Assembly (NCBI RefSeq): GCF_009914755.1
Contig: NC_060926.1
Source of the DNA: the human T2T-CHM13v2.0 reference genome, Homo sapiens
DNA length: 64,000 nt
Reading direction: 5' to 3' (one strand)
Positions within the stretch are counted from its first letter, which is position 1, and the number at the start of each line of letters is the position of its first letter. Both the position numbers and the translations under genes were made by a program. Below the pieces are notes generated by a model. That model saw nothing but the letters and a program-made list of their open reading frames with translations. It made no database searches and was not told the DNA's origin. Shown in pieces: positions 28,135-49,050 of this stretch.

Positions 28135-29400
28135 CTGCGGGAAAAACAGTGTCAAGCTCAGGAGGCGCCGCAGCCTGACGGAGCTCCCGGGCACCATGAG
28201 GAGGGACGCAGGTCTGGGTACAGAGGCCCCAGCTGCGGACCTCATTCACCGCGGAAACCAGGGACGAGGAGGGCTCGGCGGGGCCACGAACCCCGCGTGC
28301 ACAGTGGAGTCTTCTCCCCTGTCCCCTCCCTGCACACATGTGTCGGTCCCTGGGTTGGGAGGGCCTTGATGGGAAGCGGGAGGGGCCGGGCACGGGGCCT
28401 GGCACGTAGTGGGCCTTCATTGAAAGGCCATCCCTCTTCCCTTCGCCTTTCTTGTCCACGACCTACCCCAGCCAAGGCCGGGTGGGGTGAGAGGGAAGGA
28501 GCCGAGGCTGAAGTGAGGAGGTGCGGTCAGGGGCCCGTCTATGCAGCACTTTCAGCTCTCCGCGCTGGACCCAGACAGACGCTCCACAAAGTGGCCAAAG
28601 AACCAAACTTTGTCCTCGCAGAAGTCCGCAGGATCGACCACTCCAACCCCGCTCGCTGGCTCCTTCTACTCGGTGGCCCGACGGCTCACCCGCCCCTTCC
28701 TCACCGGCGCGCGCCAACGCCCCAGGGTGGCGAATACACAGCCCACCCTCTGGACGGCCCTGATGGAGAACCCGAGACCGGCTCAGTCTCCCCGACCCTC
28801 GTCTCTGTCTCTGCCCCGGGCCAATCCCGGCTTCAACAGGTTCTCCCCAGAACCCAAACTTGGGTGAAGTTTCACCCCCTCGCGGGGCGCGGGCTGGCCG
28901 GGTGCGCCCGGAGTCCTGGAGCCGCGCCGCTCAGTCCGTGGAGCCCGAGAGCGAAGCCTGGGAGCCGCAGCCTGAGCCGCGAGGAAGTAGATGAAGCCAG
29001 GAGGCTCCGCGCAGCGGCCGCAAGGGCGGCGGAGGTGGCCGCTGTGGTGGCCACCTAGCCGGCAGGTGCCCACCCAAGGCAGGACCTGGAGCGGCGCCGT
29101 TGCCTGTGTCTCTCAGCGCCCTCTGCCTCTTCTGCCTCACCCCCGCCCGCCCGTCGGCCCGAGGAGGGGGACGCGATGGCGGCTCCACCCTTCTTCGCCC
29201 GCCCCGCGCTCCCCTCCTTCCTTCTGCGACCCTCGGGCCGCCTGGCACAGCGGCGGCAGCGCGGACGTGGGTTGGCGGCCGCGGAGACAGGCTCCCGAGG
29301 GTCGTGCGCGGGTTGCAGTCGGTGACTCGGGGTCCAGCTGCGTCCCGGGACAAGTGAAGGCAGCGGGTAGTCCCGGGAGGAGTCCCCTCCGATCCCAGGT
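27700..29400. promoter_or_regulatory. CpG island: duplicated ECEL1 promoter / exon 1-2 region
   Basis: Very high GC and CpG density, GC-box-like ccccgccc motifs. Confidence 0.75.
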
Positions 29401-30223
29401 CCCCACTCGGAGCCGCCCACCAGCCTGCTGGAAAGGGGCTGGAGCTACGCAGCTGGGGGCCGTCATGCCCCAGCCCACAGCCCTGGAGCACCGCCCAGGG
29501 AGGACTCCTCCTAAAGGATAAGGGGGCCCTGATGGAGTGCCCGGGCTGCCCGCACAGCGCCTGCGCGGAGCGCACCTTCACCAGGGAGCTTCCTTGTCCT
29601 CCTGGGAAACCTTGTCCAGGATCAGCTCTCCCCGGGGGGTCTGGGCTTCTGGTTGGCCTCGCCCCCTTCCCCCAGCTCCTGATCCAGGGAGAGCAACGGA
29701 GAGCCCTGCCAGAAGAAGGCCTGGGCCTGCGAGTGCGGCCCCCATGGTACCAATGCACAGTTGACCCAGAGCACAGCAATCGCGGCCAATAGGAGGTGAC
29801 GTGGGTTTAGCCTCTGACCACACAGTCCTGGTCACCCTGCACAGACTGCCTTTATTGGGGGCTCCGAGGCCCAGCTCCTTGGCTCTTCTGCAGTTTCACA
29901 TAAAGGGAAGCAGCCAGCCCTCCGGCTCCCTCACTCTTTTGGGGTCCCCCACCCCTAATTGCTAAAGTGACCCCTTGACTCACAAGCAAGAGAATGATAG
30001 GCCACAGCGGTGCCCAGCTAAACTCAGCCAAGCCCTGAGTGAGGCAGCTGGATACGCAGCGTGGGTGTTGGCGGTAGGGGCTGGGGGCAGTGGGGGTGGA
30101 GGCTGTGGCCAGAGCTGCCTTGGAGAGAGAAGGCCCAGGAGGGTGCAAAGGGCAGAGGTGAGAGGTTCCGAATCCCAACCTCCGTCTCCTCCCTGAGGAA
30201 GGCAGATCCCAGCCAGTCTTGCC

Positions 30224-30520
30224 TGTGAAAGTTGTCAGAAACCAAATGGAGTCACTTTTCTTAAAAACTCTGACAAATAGAGGCAGGAAAGGCCATGAGT
30301 GGAGAGTCCTCGGGCACAAAACCTGATGAAAACTATCACAAAAGACTGCAAACAACCACTTGCGCAAAGGCCATGGCAACCTTCACAAAAAATATACACA
30401 CTTTTGCAAAGACATCTGCCCAGCAACTGCCTGTCCAGCCTCAGACTGGTGCCACCCGTGTCCTGGTAGACAAGAATAATCGTCACAAAACAATCCTGTG
30501 ATTCTCCCTTTTCCTTTAAA
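30224..30520 (+). mobile_element. Partial MER39-like LTR, followed by a (CA)-rich tract to ~30660
   Basis: Same TGTGAAAGTTGTCAGAA..AAATGGAGTCAC start as the element at 22718. Confidence 0.6.
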
Positions 30521-31134
30521 AACACATGCAGACACATACTTGAACACACATGCACACACACATGCAGATGCCCACACATGCACACATGTGCATATACACT
30601 CACACGTGCATGCACACATACATGCATATACACACGTGTACACACATACACACACACACAGGGTGGCTCCCCCAGGGGACTTTGCCATGCCTCATTTTGC
30701 CCATCTGTAAAGGGGGTGATTATAGCCCCTACTGCATGATGCTGCCGTGGGGCTCCGTGAGTCCGTACCTGGAGGATGCCTAGGACGGGGTCTGAACTAA
30801 ACCTGTACAGTCCCATGGGGAGCTGAGTGGAGAAGGTGGGCTTTGACATGGGGAGCAGAGGGGGCAGTGTGGAAACCCAGGGAGCCTAAGGGTCTGGGCA
30901 CCTGTCACCTAATAGGAGGCCCCAAGGGGCCCCTGGGGAAGAGGCACCGACCTCCTTGTGGCTGGTAAGGGAACAGGGCTGAGGCCAGGAACAGGCCAGT
31001 GAGAGCCTGCAGGGGCCAGGGAGTGTGACAGCCAAGGACCCTCAGGGCACTAGCCTGCTGAGGACCCCAGGCCACACTCAGGCCTGGGCGAGGGACTGAT
31101 TTGGGGACTCCTTGAGGTTTCTGACTCAAGTGAT

Positions 31135-31813
<679 letters not shown>

Positions 31814-31962
31814 TAACAAAGTTGTGAGTTGTTTTTCAGCGGCCGTGGACCCCCAGGTTAAAGTTCGCATACCTTGAGCATGCCCAGGTGAACAAAGCAT
31901 GCCACCATAGGGAGGACCTAAGTGCTCCAACCAAGGAGCAAGAACTGAATTAAGAAGCAGAT

Positions 31963-37986
<6,024 letters not shown>

Positions 37987-38196
37987 GCAGTTGGAGCTCT
38001 GGTGTCACCCCCATGGCAGTTTCCAGTAACATCACACCTCGTTAGCCTATGCTTCTAAAATTTGACCCAGTGCCCAGCTCAGAGACACACTGCCTTGGGA
38101 ACTGTCCCTGCTGGTTCCCTGTTACAAGTAACAAAATCCCATTGCTAAATCCTCCTTGGTTATGGTCACTGGGTGATCATTGGGTGATACCAATAT

Positions 38197-38888
38197 TGAG
38201 GCAGGAGAATAGGGTCTGGACACAGGGAACCTAAGCCTGTTTCACACCGACTTCCTAGAACTAAATTGAAGGCAGAACCCTACCTTTCCATGCCTAAGTA
38301 ACAAAAGGACCACAGGCTACTCCCTTTGCAACCCCCTCACCTTTTCTGCTAGGCAGATGGGAAATTGGCTGTCCACAACCAATCAGATTGATTGAAGGTC
38401 CAGTCTTTGTTTGCCACTTTGTAACTTCACTCCAGCCTCTGAATGGCTGCTGTCCACAACCAATCAGACTGATTGCTGGCCACATCTTCGTTTCAATAGA
38501 AGTATAACTTTGTAACTTCACCCTAGTCTCTGATTGGTTGAACAGGAGTGTAACCTTTGTAACTTCACTTCAGCCTCTGGTTGGCTGCTTTCTGTAACCA
38601 ATCAGACTGATTGCAGGCCACCACTTCATTTACATGAGGTGAGCATGATGTGGCCAATGGGAAACTTCTAGAGGATATTTGGACCCAAGAAGATTCCGTA
38701 TCTGGGCCCTTGAGCTGCTGCTCGGTCCACTCCCAAACCATGGAGTGTACTTTCGTTTTCGATAAATCCCCATTTTCATTCTTTTGTTGCTTCATTCTTT
38801 CTTTGCCTTGCTGGGCATTTTGTCCAATTCTTTGTTCAATAGGCCAAGAACCTGGACAACCTGCAGTCACAACCCTCCACCAGTGACA
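38197..38888 (+). mobile_element. MER51-family solo LTR
   Basis: TGAGGCAGGAGAATAGGGTCTGGA...CAGTGACA; repeated CCAATCAGA/CTGATTG boxes; 4-bp TSD ATAT on both sides. Confidence 0.75.
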
Positions 38889-39270
38889 ATATAGTTTAGA
38901 TTTGTGTCCCCACCCAAATCTCATGTTGAATTGTAATCCTCAGCATTGGAGGAGCTCCCTGGTGGGAGGTGACTGGATCATGGGGTAGGACTTTCCCCTT
39001 GCTGTTCTCGTGATAGCGAGTGAGATCTCACAAGATCTGGTCATTTAAATGTGTGCAGCCCCTCCCCCTCCTCTCTCTCTTCCTCACTCTCTGGCCATGG
39101 AAGACGTGCCAGCTTCCCCTTTGCCTTCTGCCATGATTGAAAGTTTCCTGAGGCCTCCCTAGCCATGCTTCCTGTACAGCCTGTGGAACTGTTAGCCAAT
39201 TAAACCTCTTTTCTTATAAATTACCCAGTTTCAGGTGTTTCTTCATAGCACTGCAGAATGGACGAATACA
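38889..39270 (+). mobile_element. MSTA-like MaLR LTR
   Basis: tgtgtccccacccaaatctcatgttgaattgtaatcc ... aattaaacctcttttcttataaattacccagt ... aataca. Confidence 0.75.
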
Positions 39271-40844
39271 CTCATGGAGAGACAGGATCCACCTGCTGTG
39301 TGGTAACATCCTGACCCAGCACATCTGGGGCCCATCAAGTCTCCATGGGGTGGTGGGAGGAGCATTAACAACAAAGGCAGCACCTGGCACCTTCTGCGGG
39401 CGATGGGAAGACTGAGGGCAGGAAAAGCAAACATGCTCAGCACTGTGCTCAGCCCAGGGCGACTCTGAGACAAGAGAGGGGCCAGAGCCGGATGCAGCTG
39501 GGAGGTGGCAGCCTTACCAGAGGTTTGAGGAGTACATGGGAAAGTGCACAGAGCCCAGCCCAGGATGGCAGCTGTGCTCTCATTTTCTTGCAGCCTTTAG
39601 GGGCTACCTGGCTGGGGTGGTGGCCCTGCTGAAGAGAACCTGCCCCTAGCAGGCATGGGGGCAAGAGCACCTTTCAAAGGTGAACAAATGTGTTCCAATT
39701 TGCAGCAGCAAAGCTGCCAGAGGTCCCAGGAAGCCCAGGTTCATCTCATTTACCTAGCCATCTCTGGCAGCATTGGTATTTGAGAGCGTGTATGCGGGCA
39801 GAAGAGAGGAAAAAGACCTGCACCAGAACACCTTTCCAGAACACCCTTCTCCCTTGAACACCTGAGTGCCTAGAGCCCAGCCCCAGCTCCCAGCAAGCCC
39901 CCTCCCCAAAACCACTATAGCCACTGGGCCTCCCTTTGGCAAGGCCTGAGGGCCCAAATGTGGCCACCTAGCCTCTGGGGACTTCCGTCCTTTGGAGCTA
40001 GAAAAACAGTAGCTGAATGTGCCTGGCTGCAGCAGGGCCCCGCCGACTCACCTATAGAAAGGCCCTGCCGTGGACTAAGCCTCCCAGCCTAGGAAACCTG
40101 GCTCTGGCCTCCCCTGCAGGCATGTGATGTTTGGCTCCAGAGGCCTTCTCCTCTGGGCTTTTCCATGCCTGTGAACTGGGCCCCATTCATTTCTCTGTGG
40201 TTTCATGGGAACGTCCAATGCATTCAGGAGGTTGCAGTGCACCCAGGAGGAGAGGGGTCAGCGAGAGGCCTGAGCTGTGACTGGTGGGCCACCCAGAGGC
40301 CACGGCACCCTCTGCTGGAGACTGGCAGCAGGGTGCATGGCCAGCTGTGGGCGAGGGTCCATCAGTCAAGCAGCTACACTTCCTCCCGGTGCCCCTCCCT
40401 GACCCAGGCCAGGGGCTCTGCCTGCAGCTGCCTCACTCCAGGCCTCCACTTTCCAGCTCCCAGGCCCCCAGCCCCACCTGGCCTGGCCCGGGACAGAGCA
40501 GCCACCAAGATCTTTTCCACTTTCCCTCCCCAGCAGCCTGCAATTCAGTGCCCTGCAGACCCCTGCCTCCCGGGGCCCTGCGGTTTCTACCACACTACAC
40601 TCAATTTCCGGCCACTAAGAACACGGCAGGTCCCGCGTAAAGGTGGCCGCCACCTGCGCTCTGAGGGCTGCCCAGCCACGGAGAAGTGGCTGTGCTCGGG
40701 CACTCTGCTTCTGAGACAGGCCCAGCAGCTGCCTTCATGGCCTCAGGAGAGCCCACAGGCTCCAAGCCTGCAGTAAGGACCTGCCTAAGTCCTTGAAAAT
40801 TTGGTGTTCAGAAGAAATGAAAGTGAAACTGGCTGGGAGCAATT

Positions 40845-41150
40845 CTTTTGATTTTGTTTCAAGACAGGGTCTCACTCGGTTGTTCAGGCTGGAGTGCAGT
40901 CATGCGATCATGGGTCACTGCAGCCTCAACCTCCTGGGCTCAAGGGATCCCTCCTGCCTCAGCCTCCTAAGTAGCTGGGACAACAGGCACATTCCACCAC
41001 ACCAGGCTGACTTTTTTTTTTTTTTTTTTTTTTTTTTGTAGAGATGGGATCTCACTTTGTTGCCAATGCTGGTCTCAAGCTCCTGGGCTTAAGCAATCCT
41101 CCCGCCTTGAACTCCCAAAGTGCTGGGATGATGGGATGATACACCACTCC
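40845..41150 (-). mobile_element. AluJ-type element present only in the duplicate
   Basis: AluJ-type ctgggctcaag motif; absent at the paralogous site ~1018. Confidence 0.8.
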
Positions 41151-42884
41151 CTGCATGCAATACTTACCAAAGTTCCACGTTAGCAGTTTTCAGCAAAAGC
41201 TAATTGACCAAGCTCTGTGAGTGGCCTCATTCCATTAGCAGGAGCCTCCCACAGAATGTGACAGAATGGTCCTGGTGGCTGAGGGTAGAAGGGGCTGCTT
41301 CTCTTAAGTCTTTGAAGATGAATGCAGTTCAGCTTTGGCCAACAGCCATGCCCTTCTGCCCAGGCCCAGATCAACTTTTAATCATTTCCAAAGCCAGTCT
41401 GACTGTCCTGGGAAAGGAAGGGTTGGGGTGAATTTCTTATCAATTTGGCAGGTACATTGGATCCTGTGAGGAGAGTATGAGACTGTACGAGGGGTCCCTG
41501 TGCTAGCCCCAAATGAGAGCCCTGACTCCCACCTACCCAGCCCACCCGCCCCGCACTGCTCAGCTCAGTTCTCCGTTCCGGGGATGGAGTGCTGGGCTTG
41601 GCCTGCACCTTTCTGTCCCCAAACTCCACTGGGGACCCACCTTCTAGTCACCCCAGGGTGCCATCACCAGAGCCAGGGGCTAGCCCCACCTTTGCTCACT
41701 CCTGCTCGGAGCCCACCTCTTCTCTCTGCCCCCATCGCTACCTGCAGCATCAGAAGGACTTGAGGGCACCAAACAGCCCCTGCAGCTGTCCTCAAACATC
41801 ATGGCCAAGGCTGCGCCTGGGAAGTGGACTCTCTGCGGTGCCAGCTCCCTACTCACTGCCCTTGACTTTTGTCTGGGTCCCTGCTTGATGTGGCCCAACT
41901 GGCTGGGCCAGAGCCCCACAGGCGCTGTCCCGACCCCCAGCCCCCTAGAGGGAGGGAGAGGCTGAGACGGCAAGGGAAGCAGAGACTCAGCCACACCAAG
42001 GGCCCTGGCAAGGTGGGCCTCTCCTCCAAAGCCTCACCAGGCTTCACGTTCAAGGTCACCAAGAGTGCACTTGTTCTCTGTCGAGGGCAGAGGTGACTCC
42101 GGGGACTGTGCTGGGGTCCAGGGAGGGCAGGCAGCGGAGTTGCCAGGGAAGCAGCTTGCCTGAGGTCTGTGGTCTTGGCAGGGGCTTCCGCAGCAGCCCC
42201 ACCCTCTCCCTTTCCCCTCCCTCCTGTCCTTGTCCTCGTGTTTACTGAAGACCATGAGAAGGGATGTGGAGAGCCCCTGCAGGAACTGAGAGCAGGAGCC
42301 TGGCTCAGCCCTGAGAGGCCCCCAGATATTCAGTTCCTAAACCCATAGAGGGTGGGGCATGGGCACAGAGGAGTAACCAGGGGCCACCTCACACAGCCCT
42401 GCTCTTTCACCCTGCCCGCCTGGTGGCCTCCTTAGCCTGCAGCCTCAGTGCTGCCCGATCTGGGGCCATGCTGCGTCCTGCTGGCCACACTGCAAAATGC
42501 AGCTTAAGGTCGGCCTGGAAGCTCCAGGTGTCCTTCTTCCCCTAGGCCTACAGCTGGGCTGGAGGGGGAAGGGGCACCAGGAAACAGCCTGGATGCTCCT
42601 GCCCAGGAGGATTGTCCGACTCCATGGGGAGAAAGTCCGTGCCTGGCACATGGTAATCTTTGTGGAGCGAGAGGGCAAAAGTATGCATGATTGTGTGCAT
42701 CTGAAGCATTTCTGTGCTGATGGCCTGACCGAAGGCAGATGACAAATCATGCAGATATTTCTGCAGCAGGAATGGCTGCATTCTCCTGGCTCGCCTGCCA
42801 GGGAGCTCAGAGGTGCCCTTGCCCGGGAATCCGATGGCAGAGAGTTACCAGAAGGTCTGCGGTGCTCCTGTTCCTCGGCCCCGG

Positions 42885-43862
42885 TGAGAGGTGACAGCGT
42901 GCTGGCAGTCCTCACAGCCCCTCGCTTGCTCTCGGCACCTCCTCTGCTTGGTCTCCCACTTTGGCGTCACTTGAGGAGCCCTTCGGCCCACCGCTGCACT
43001 GTGGGAGCCCCTTTCTGGGCTGGCCAAGGCCGGAGCCAACTCCCTCAGCTTGCAGGGAGGTGTGGAGGGAGAGGCGCGAGCGGGAACCAGGGCTGCGCGC
43101 GGAGCTTGCGCGCCAGCTGGAGTTCCGGGTGGGCGTGGGCTTGGCAGGCCCCGCACTCTGAGCAGGCGGCCGGCCCTGCCGGCCCCGGGCAATGAGGGGC
43201 TTAGCACCCGGGCCAGCGGCTGCAGAGGGTGTACTGGGTCCCCCAGCAGTGCCAGACCACCGGCGCTGCGCTCGATTTCTCACCGGGCCTTAGCTGCCTT
43301 CCCGCGGGGCAGGGCTCGGGACCTGCAGCCCGCCATGCCTGAGCCTCTCACCCCCTCCATGGGCTCCTGTGCGGCCCGAGCCTCCCCGATGAGCGCCACC
43401 CCCTGCTCCATGGCGCCCAGTCCCATCAACCACCCAAGGGCTGAGGCGTGCGGGCGCACGGGGCGGGACTGGCAGGCAGCTCCACCTGCAGCCCCGGTGC
43501 GGAATCCACTGAGTGAAGCCAGCTGGGCTCCTGAGTCTGGTGGGGGCGTGGAGAATCTTTATGTCTAGCTCAGGGATTGTGAATACACCAATCGGCACTC
43601 TGTATCTAGCTCAAGGTTTGTAAACACAGCAATCAGCACCCTGTGTCTAGCTCAGGGTTTGTGAATGCACCAGTCGACACTCTGTATCTAGCTGCTCTGG
43701 TGGGGCCTTGGAGAACCTTTATGTCTAGCTCAGGGATTGTAAATACACCAATCGGCACTCTGTATCTAGCTCAAGGTTTGTAAACACAGCAATCAGCACC
43801 CTGTGTCTAGCTCAGGGTTTGTGAATGCACCGATCGACACTCTGTATCTAGCTGCTCTGGTG
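42885..43862 (+). mobile_element. LTR12C (ERV9) LTR, 3'-truncated
   Basis: Canonical start TGAGAGGTGACAGCGTGCTGGCAGTCCTCACAGCCC, CpG-rich U3, tandem tctagctc/ccaatc units; no 3' end or TSD. Confidence 0.9.
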
Positions 43863-45554
43863 CCAGATTTGTCTCCTGGAGAGAGGCATGGGCACCTGTG
43901 GTCTCCCCGCCTCCTGGCCTCCCCTTGGGTGCCCTTATGCAGAAAGGGTCCCGGCCCCAGGCTTGCTTGGCTTTGGGGACTGTTTTAAAAGGGACATGAA
44001 GAAAGAAGAAGCCAGAGAATGGTCCTTGGCCACTCTGGATGGAGTGTCCGCTGAGCAGTAGGAAGAGAACTGTCCCTGGCTTGTCTCCTTCCCTGAGTGA
44101 CTGTTGATTCACAGTTCTCTCTCCAAGGGGACATGGGCCTGTCCTAATGCTGCCTTAGGGGCTTGGCTCCAGCTGACCCTGGGGTCTGCAGGTCACCACC
44201 TGCCCCTGTGCCTGGCTTTGAATTTCCTAACATCCAGAGTGCCCTGGGAGTACAGTGTCCAGCCCGTTGTGTGTAGTAAACCGGGAGCTGAGCAGAAGAG
44301 GAACGACAGAGTCCACCCGTTGACCCTCAGGGCTGTGTGTCCTGAAGTTCAAGCCTAGCTCACCCTGCAGTGGGTCCAGCCCCACCTGTACTGACAGATG
44401 GCACCAGCAGGGAGCGCAGTGCTCCACTGCCACAGTTCTCTGTCCCCACTTCAGTGCAGTCAGCCCTGGACCCCCCACCGCCTGCTCCCTGTAGCACACA
44501 CAGCCACAGGCCCTCCCAGCTCCCGCCCCTGGCCCTTGGTCACTCTCACCTGCTGCCTCAGCCGAAGGTAGCCGGTAGGGCCTCCCTGAAGCTCCCTCCA
44601 GCCAGACAGGGGTGGGCCAGGGCTGAGGGCCAAGGGCCGCCTCCAAGCAGTGAAGCCCTCCAGGGTGGAAGGGCAGGTGGCCCCCTCTGTGTCCCGTTCC
44701 CCTAAGTCCCGGCGAGCCCTCCCCTTCCTCCTGCGGTGCCCTCTGCCCTCATCTATGTGCCCTGGTGGGCTCCCCCAGCACTGCAGCCTCCCGGGTGGGG
44801 TTTCAGGACCCCCAGGGCCTCCCAGCTCACTCAGACCCCCACCCCCTTCCTGTAGCTCTGCTCTCTGGCACCACCTTCCCTCTCTTGGGGACAACCACAG
44901 TGGAGAGAGGCGGGGCTCTCTGCCTGTCCCTCTATTGCAGGGGTGCTGGCCTTCTGGGGTCCTTTTGAGAACTTGATGAAAGCAATGAGTTTACACCCAA
45001 GAAATTCTCTGGCACCGTTTGCACCAACAACATGCCCCAAAGGTGGAGCCAGGCCCCCAGGTTGCATTGTGTAAGTCTTGGGAGCTCTCAGGATGCATCA
45101 GGGACACGTGGCCTCTGACTCGCTCAGCTCTGCCCTGACCCAGGGCGTTCATCCTGGAGCAGGCCTCCGTTACTGACTGGCGAGCAGAGGCTTCCAGAGG
45201 CTGAGGGAGGGGCCTGGGGTCCTCCTGCAGGGACCAAGACGGAGCTGCGCCTCAACATCAGGCCCTGCCGTCCTTGTCTCCTCCCAGCCGGGCTCTGTAC
45301 AGGTCATCACCGTCTTCAGCCTGCTGGAGGGGGTCCTGCGGGCAGCCATGGCCCTCTAGTATAGCGCTGTCCTGAAGCGGCCAGGCACCCAGGGCCACCT
45401 GGGCCCCGCGGGGGAGGAGGACTGAGGCTATCTGGCCCTGCTGGCTTTTAGAAATAGGAACTGTTGATACCAAGGGGAATTTTTAATTCTGTTTTTAAAA
45501 TGTTTAAATTTTTCTAACTTAAATTTAATGTTTTAAGTTTTTAAATTTAAATTT

Positions 45555-45851
45555 AATTTTTTTTTAGAAACAGGGTCTCGCTCTGTCACTCAGGCTCAGG
45601 GTATGGTGGCACCATCGCAGCTCAAGTAGCTTCAAACTCCTGACCTCATATAGTCCTCCTGCCTCAGCCTCCCGAGTAGCTGGGGCTGCAGGCCTTTGCC
45701 ACCATGCCCAGCTGTTTTTGGGTTTTTGCTTTGGAAAAATGGGATTTCGCTTTGTTGCCCAGGCTGGTCTCAAATTCCTCATCTCAAGCAATCTTCTTGC
45801 TTTGGCCTCTCAAAGTGCTGGGATTATAGATGTGAGCCACTGTGCCTGGCC
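45555..45851 (-). mobile_element. AluJ-type element in the duplicated 3' UTR
   Basis: Diverged Alu; absent from the DIS3L2 3' UTR. Confidence 0.8.
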
Positions 45852-47476
45852 TGTTTTTATTTTTATTTTTGGATTTTATTTTATGTTTGCCTCTCAGTTT
45901 TTAAGCAAACTGCAAGGAAGACGGTGGGGCTAGAAGGAAGGCTGAGGCCTGGCCAGCAATGGCCCAGCATCCCCCTGAGTGGCCAACCCCCCTTTCCCCC
46001 ACTGCCCTCCTCTGCCCAAGAAATGAGGGCTTTTCAGTAAATCCATGTCAGGGAGCAAAGTCAAGTGTGGAGTGCCATCTGGTGTGTGGGGCGCCTCTGG
46101 GAAGCCTGGGCAGCGGAATGCCCCCTTGCACCCAGCGCAAAGGACCCAGCTTAGGCTCCAACCCTTGCTGCTGAGCCGATGTCACCACCCAGAACCTTCC
46201 TGTCAGTTCCAGCACAATTCAGAGCTGGCTGCCTGGCAGATTGATGCTGGAGTCTCATTCTGCCTGATTAAAAATGGAATTAGTATGCAGCACTGAGAGC
46301 GCCCCCATCACCCTGACACATGTGACTATGTCCAACCCTGCCCCCACTTCCTCTCTGCACCAGCTCCGCAGGACCTGGTAGGGGTCAGGAGTCCTGTGAC
46401 ACCCACTCCTCGCAGTTCCTCAAGCAGCACTCTGTGAGGTCCTGTGCCCAGCTCTGGTGTGAGTGGGTACCCTGGCAGCGCCAAGGGAGCCTGGACAGAG
46501 GAGCCAGCCTGGGCCTGGGGGAGGGGAGGAGGGCCCTCCAGTGCCTTCCAAACCAGGAGGGGAAACCGGCTGCTGGTGACACAGCCTGGCCCCGTTGACC
46601 ACCCAGTGTCCCAAGCACCCACAGATCCCACCTGCCTCGGTCCCGAGCAGAGCTGGCCGGCCACTGGGCAGTCCCTTCCCCAGCCAGCCTGACCCCAGCC
46701 TGCACTCCTTCCCCCTCCGTGGGGGAAGCTCTGTGGCTTGGAGTCCCCGAGGGCTGCCAGAAACTAGGATGAAAGCCATGGTGAGCACGGCCTCTGTTCC
46801 CCTGCACCATTTCCTGGGGTGTCCGGATTAACAAGCTCATTTGATCTGGTTACAGTGAATTTTCTTCAAAGAAACACTCAATAGGGTCCTTGTCAGAGTG
46901 CCTCGCAGCGACAGTGACTGGGTACTGCTGCCTTTGTTCTGCCACCGTCAGACGGGGCTGGCTGTGGGAGGCGACCAAAGACATCCCGCACCTGCCCTGG
47001 GAGCCTTTCCCTCCTCCAGGGCTCAGCCACCTCAGGCGGCCTTCAGTCTGTGTGTCCTGCCACCCCCAAGATGTCCCAGAGGCCACGGTCACCCCATCTG
47101 TTCCTGTCCCCAGAACCTTCTCCTGGAGCCAAGTATCTGCAGGGACAGACAGGCGAGCGTCTGGGGGTTTGGTGTTGGGGTGGAGAAGGCTGTGGGGTGC
47201 TGCCCCAGCCCAGGCAGCCTGACTGTGAGAGCCCCAAACAGGAGACATCCCAGCCCCTTCCCCTCCCCTCCACGCTGTGGCAGTGGGTGCTGTTGATGTG
47301 GGGCACGTTCTTGGCTTGTGCATTTCTCGGATGAACTGCATCTGTTGCCAGTAGAAAGATGCTCACATGTCTTTGGCTCAAGATCGACACTGCCTTTGGC
47401 TCAGGTTGGGACATCAACTATTGCTACAGAGCAGTAATGGTTAAAAATAAGATTTTGGAATTTATTAAAATATTTG

Positions 47477-49050
<1,574 letters not shown>

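Larger units (their letters stand above)
39875..47277 (+). pseudogene. Segmental duplicate of the DIS3L2 3' region (introns, decayed exon 21, 3' UTR, downstream flank)
   Basis: Colinear blocks: 39875-41470~48-1320; 41512-42770~2976-4282; 42775-42884~8565-8670; 43863-43960~10299-10399; 43969-44677~11707-12430; 44678-45420~12581-13295; 45895-47277~13475-14890. Confidence 0.92.

Noticed and set aside
43558-43862. Regularly spaced tctagctc repeats resembling a CRISPR-like array
   Set aside because: Normal internal tandem structure of LTR12C; the spacers are themselves repeated; eukaryotic context
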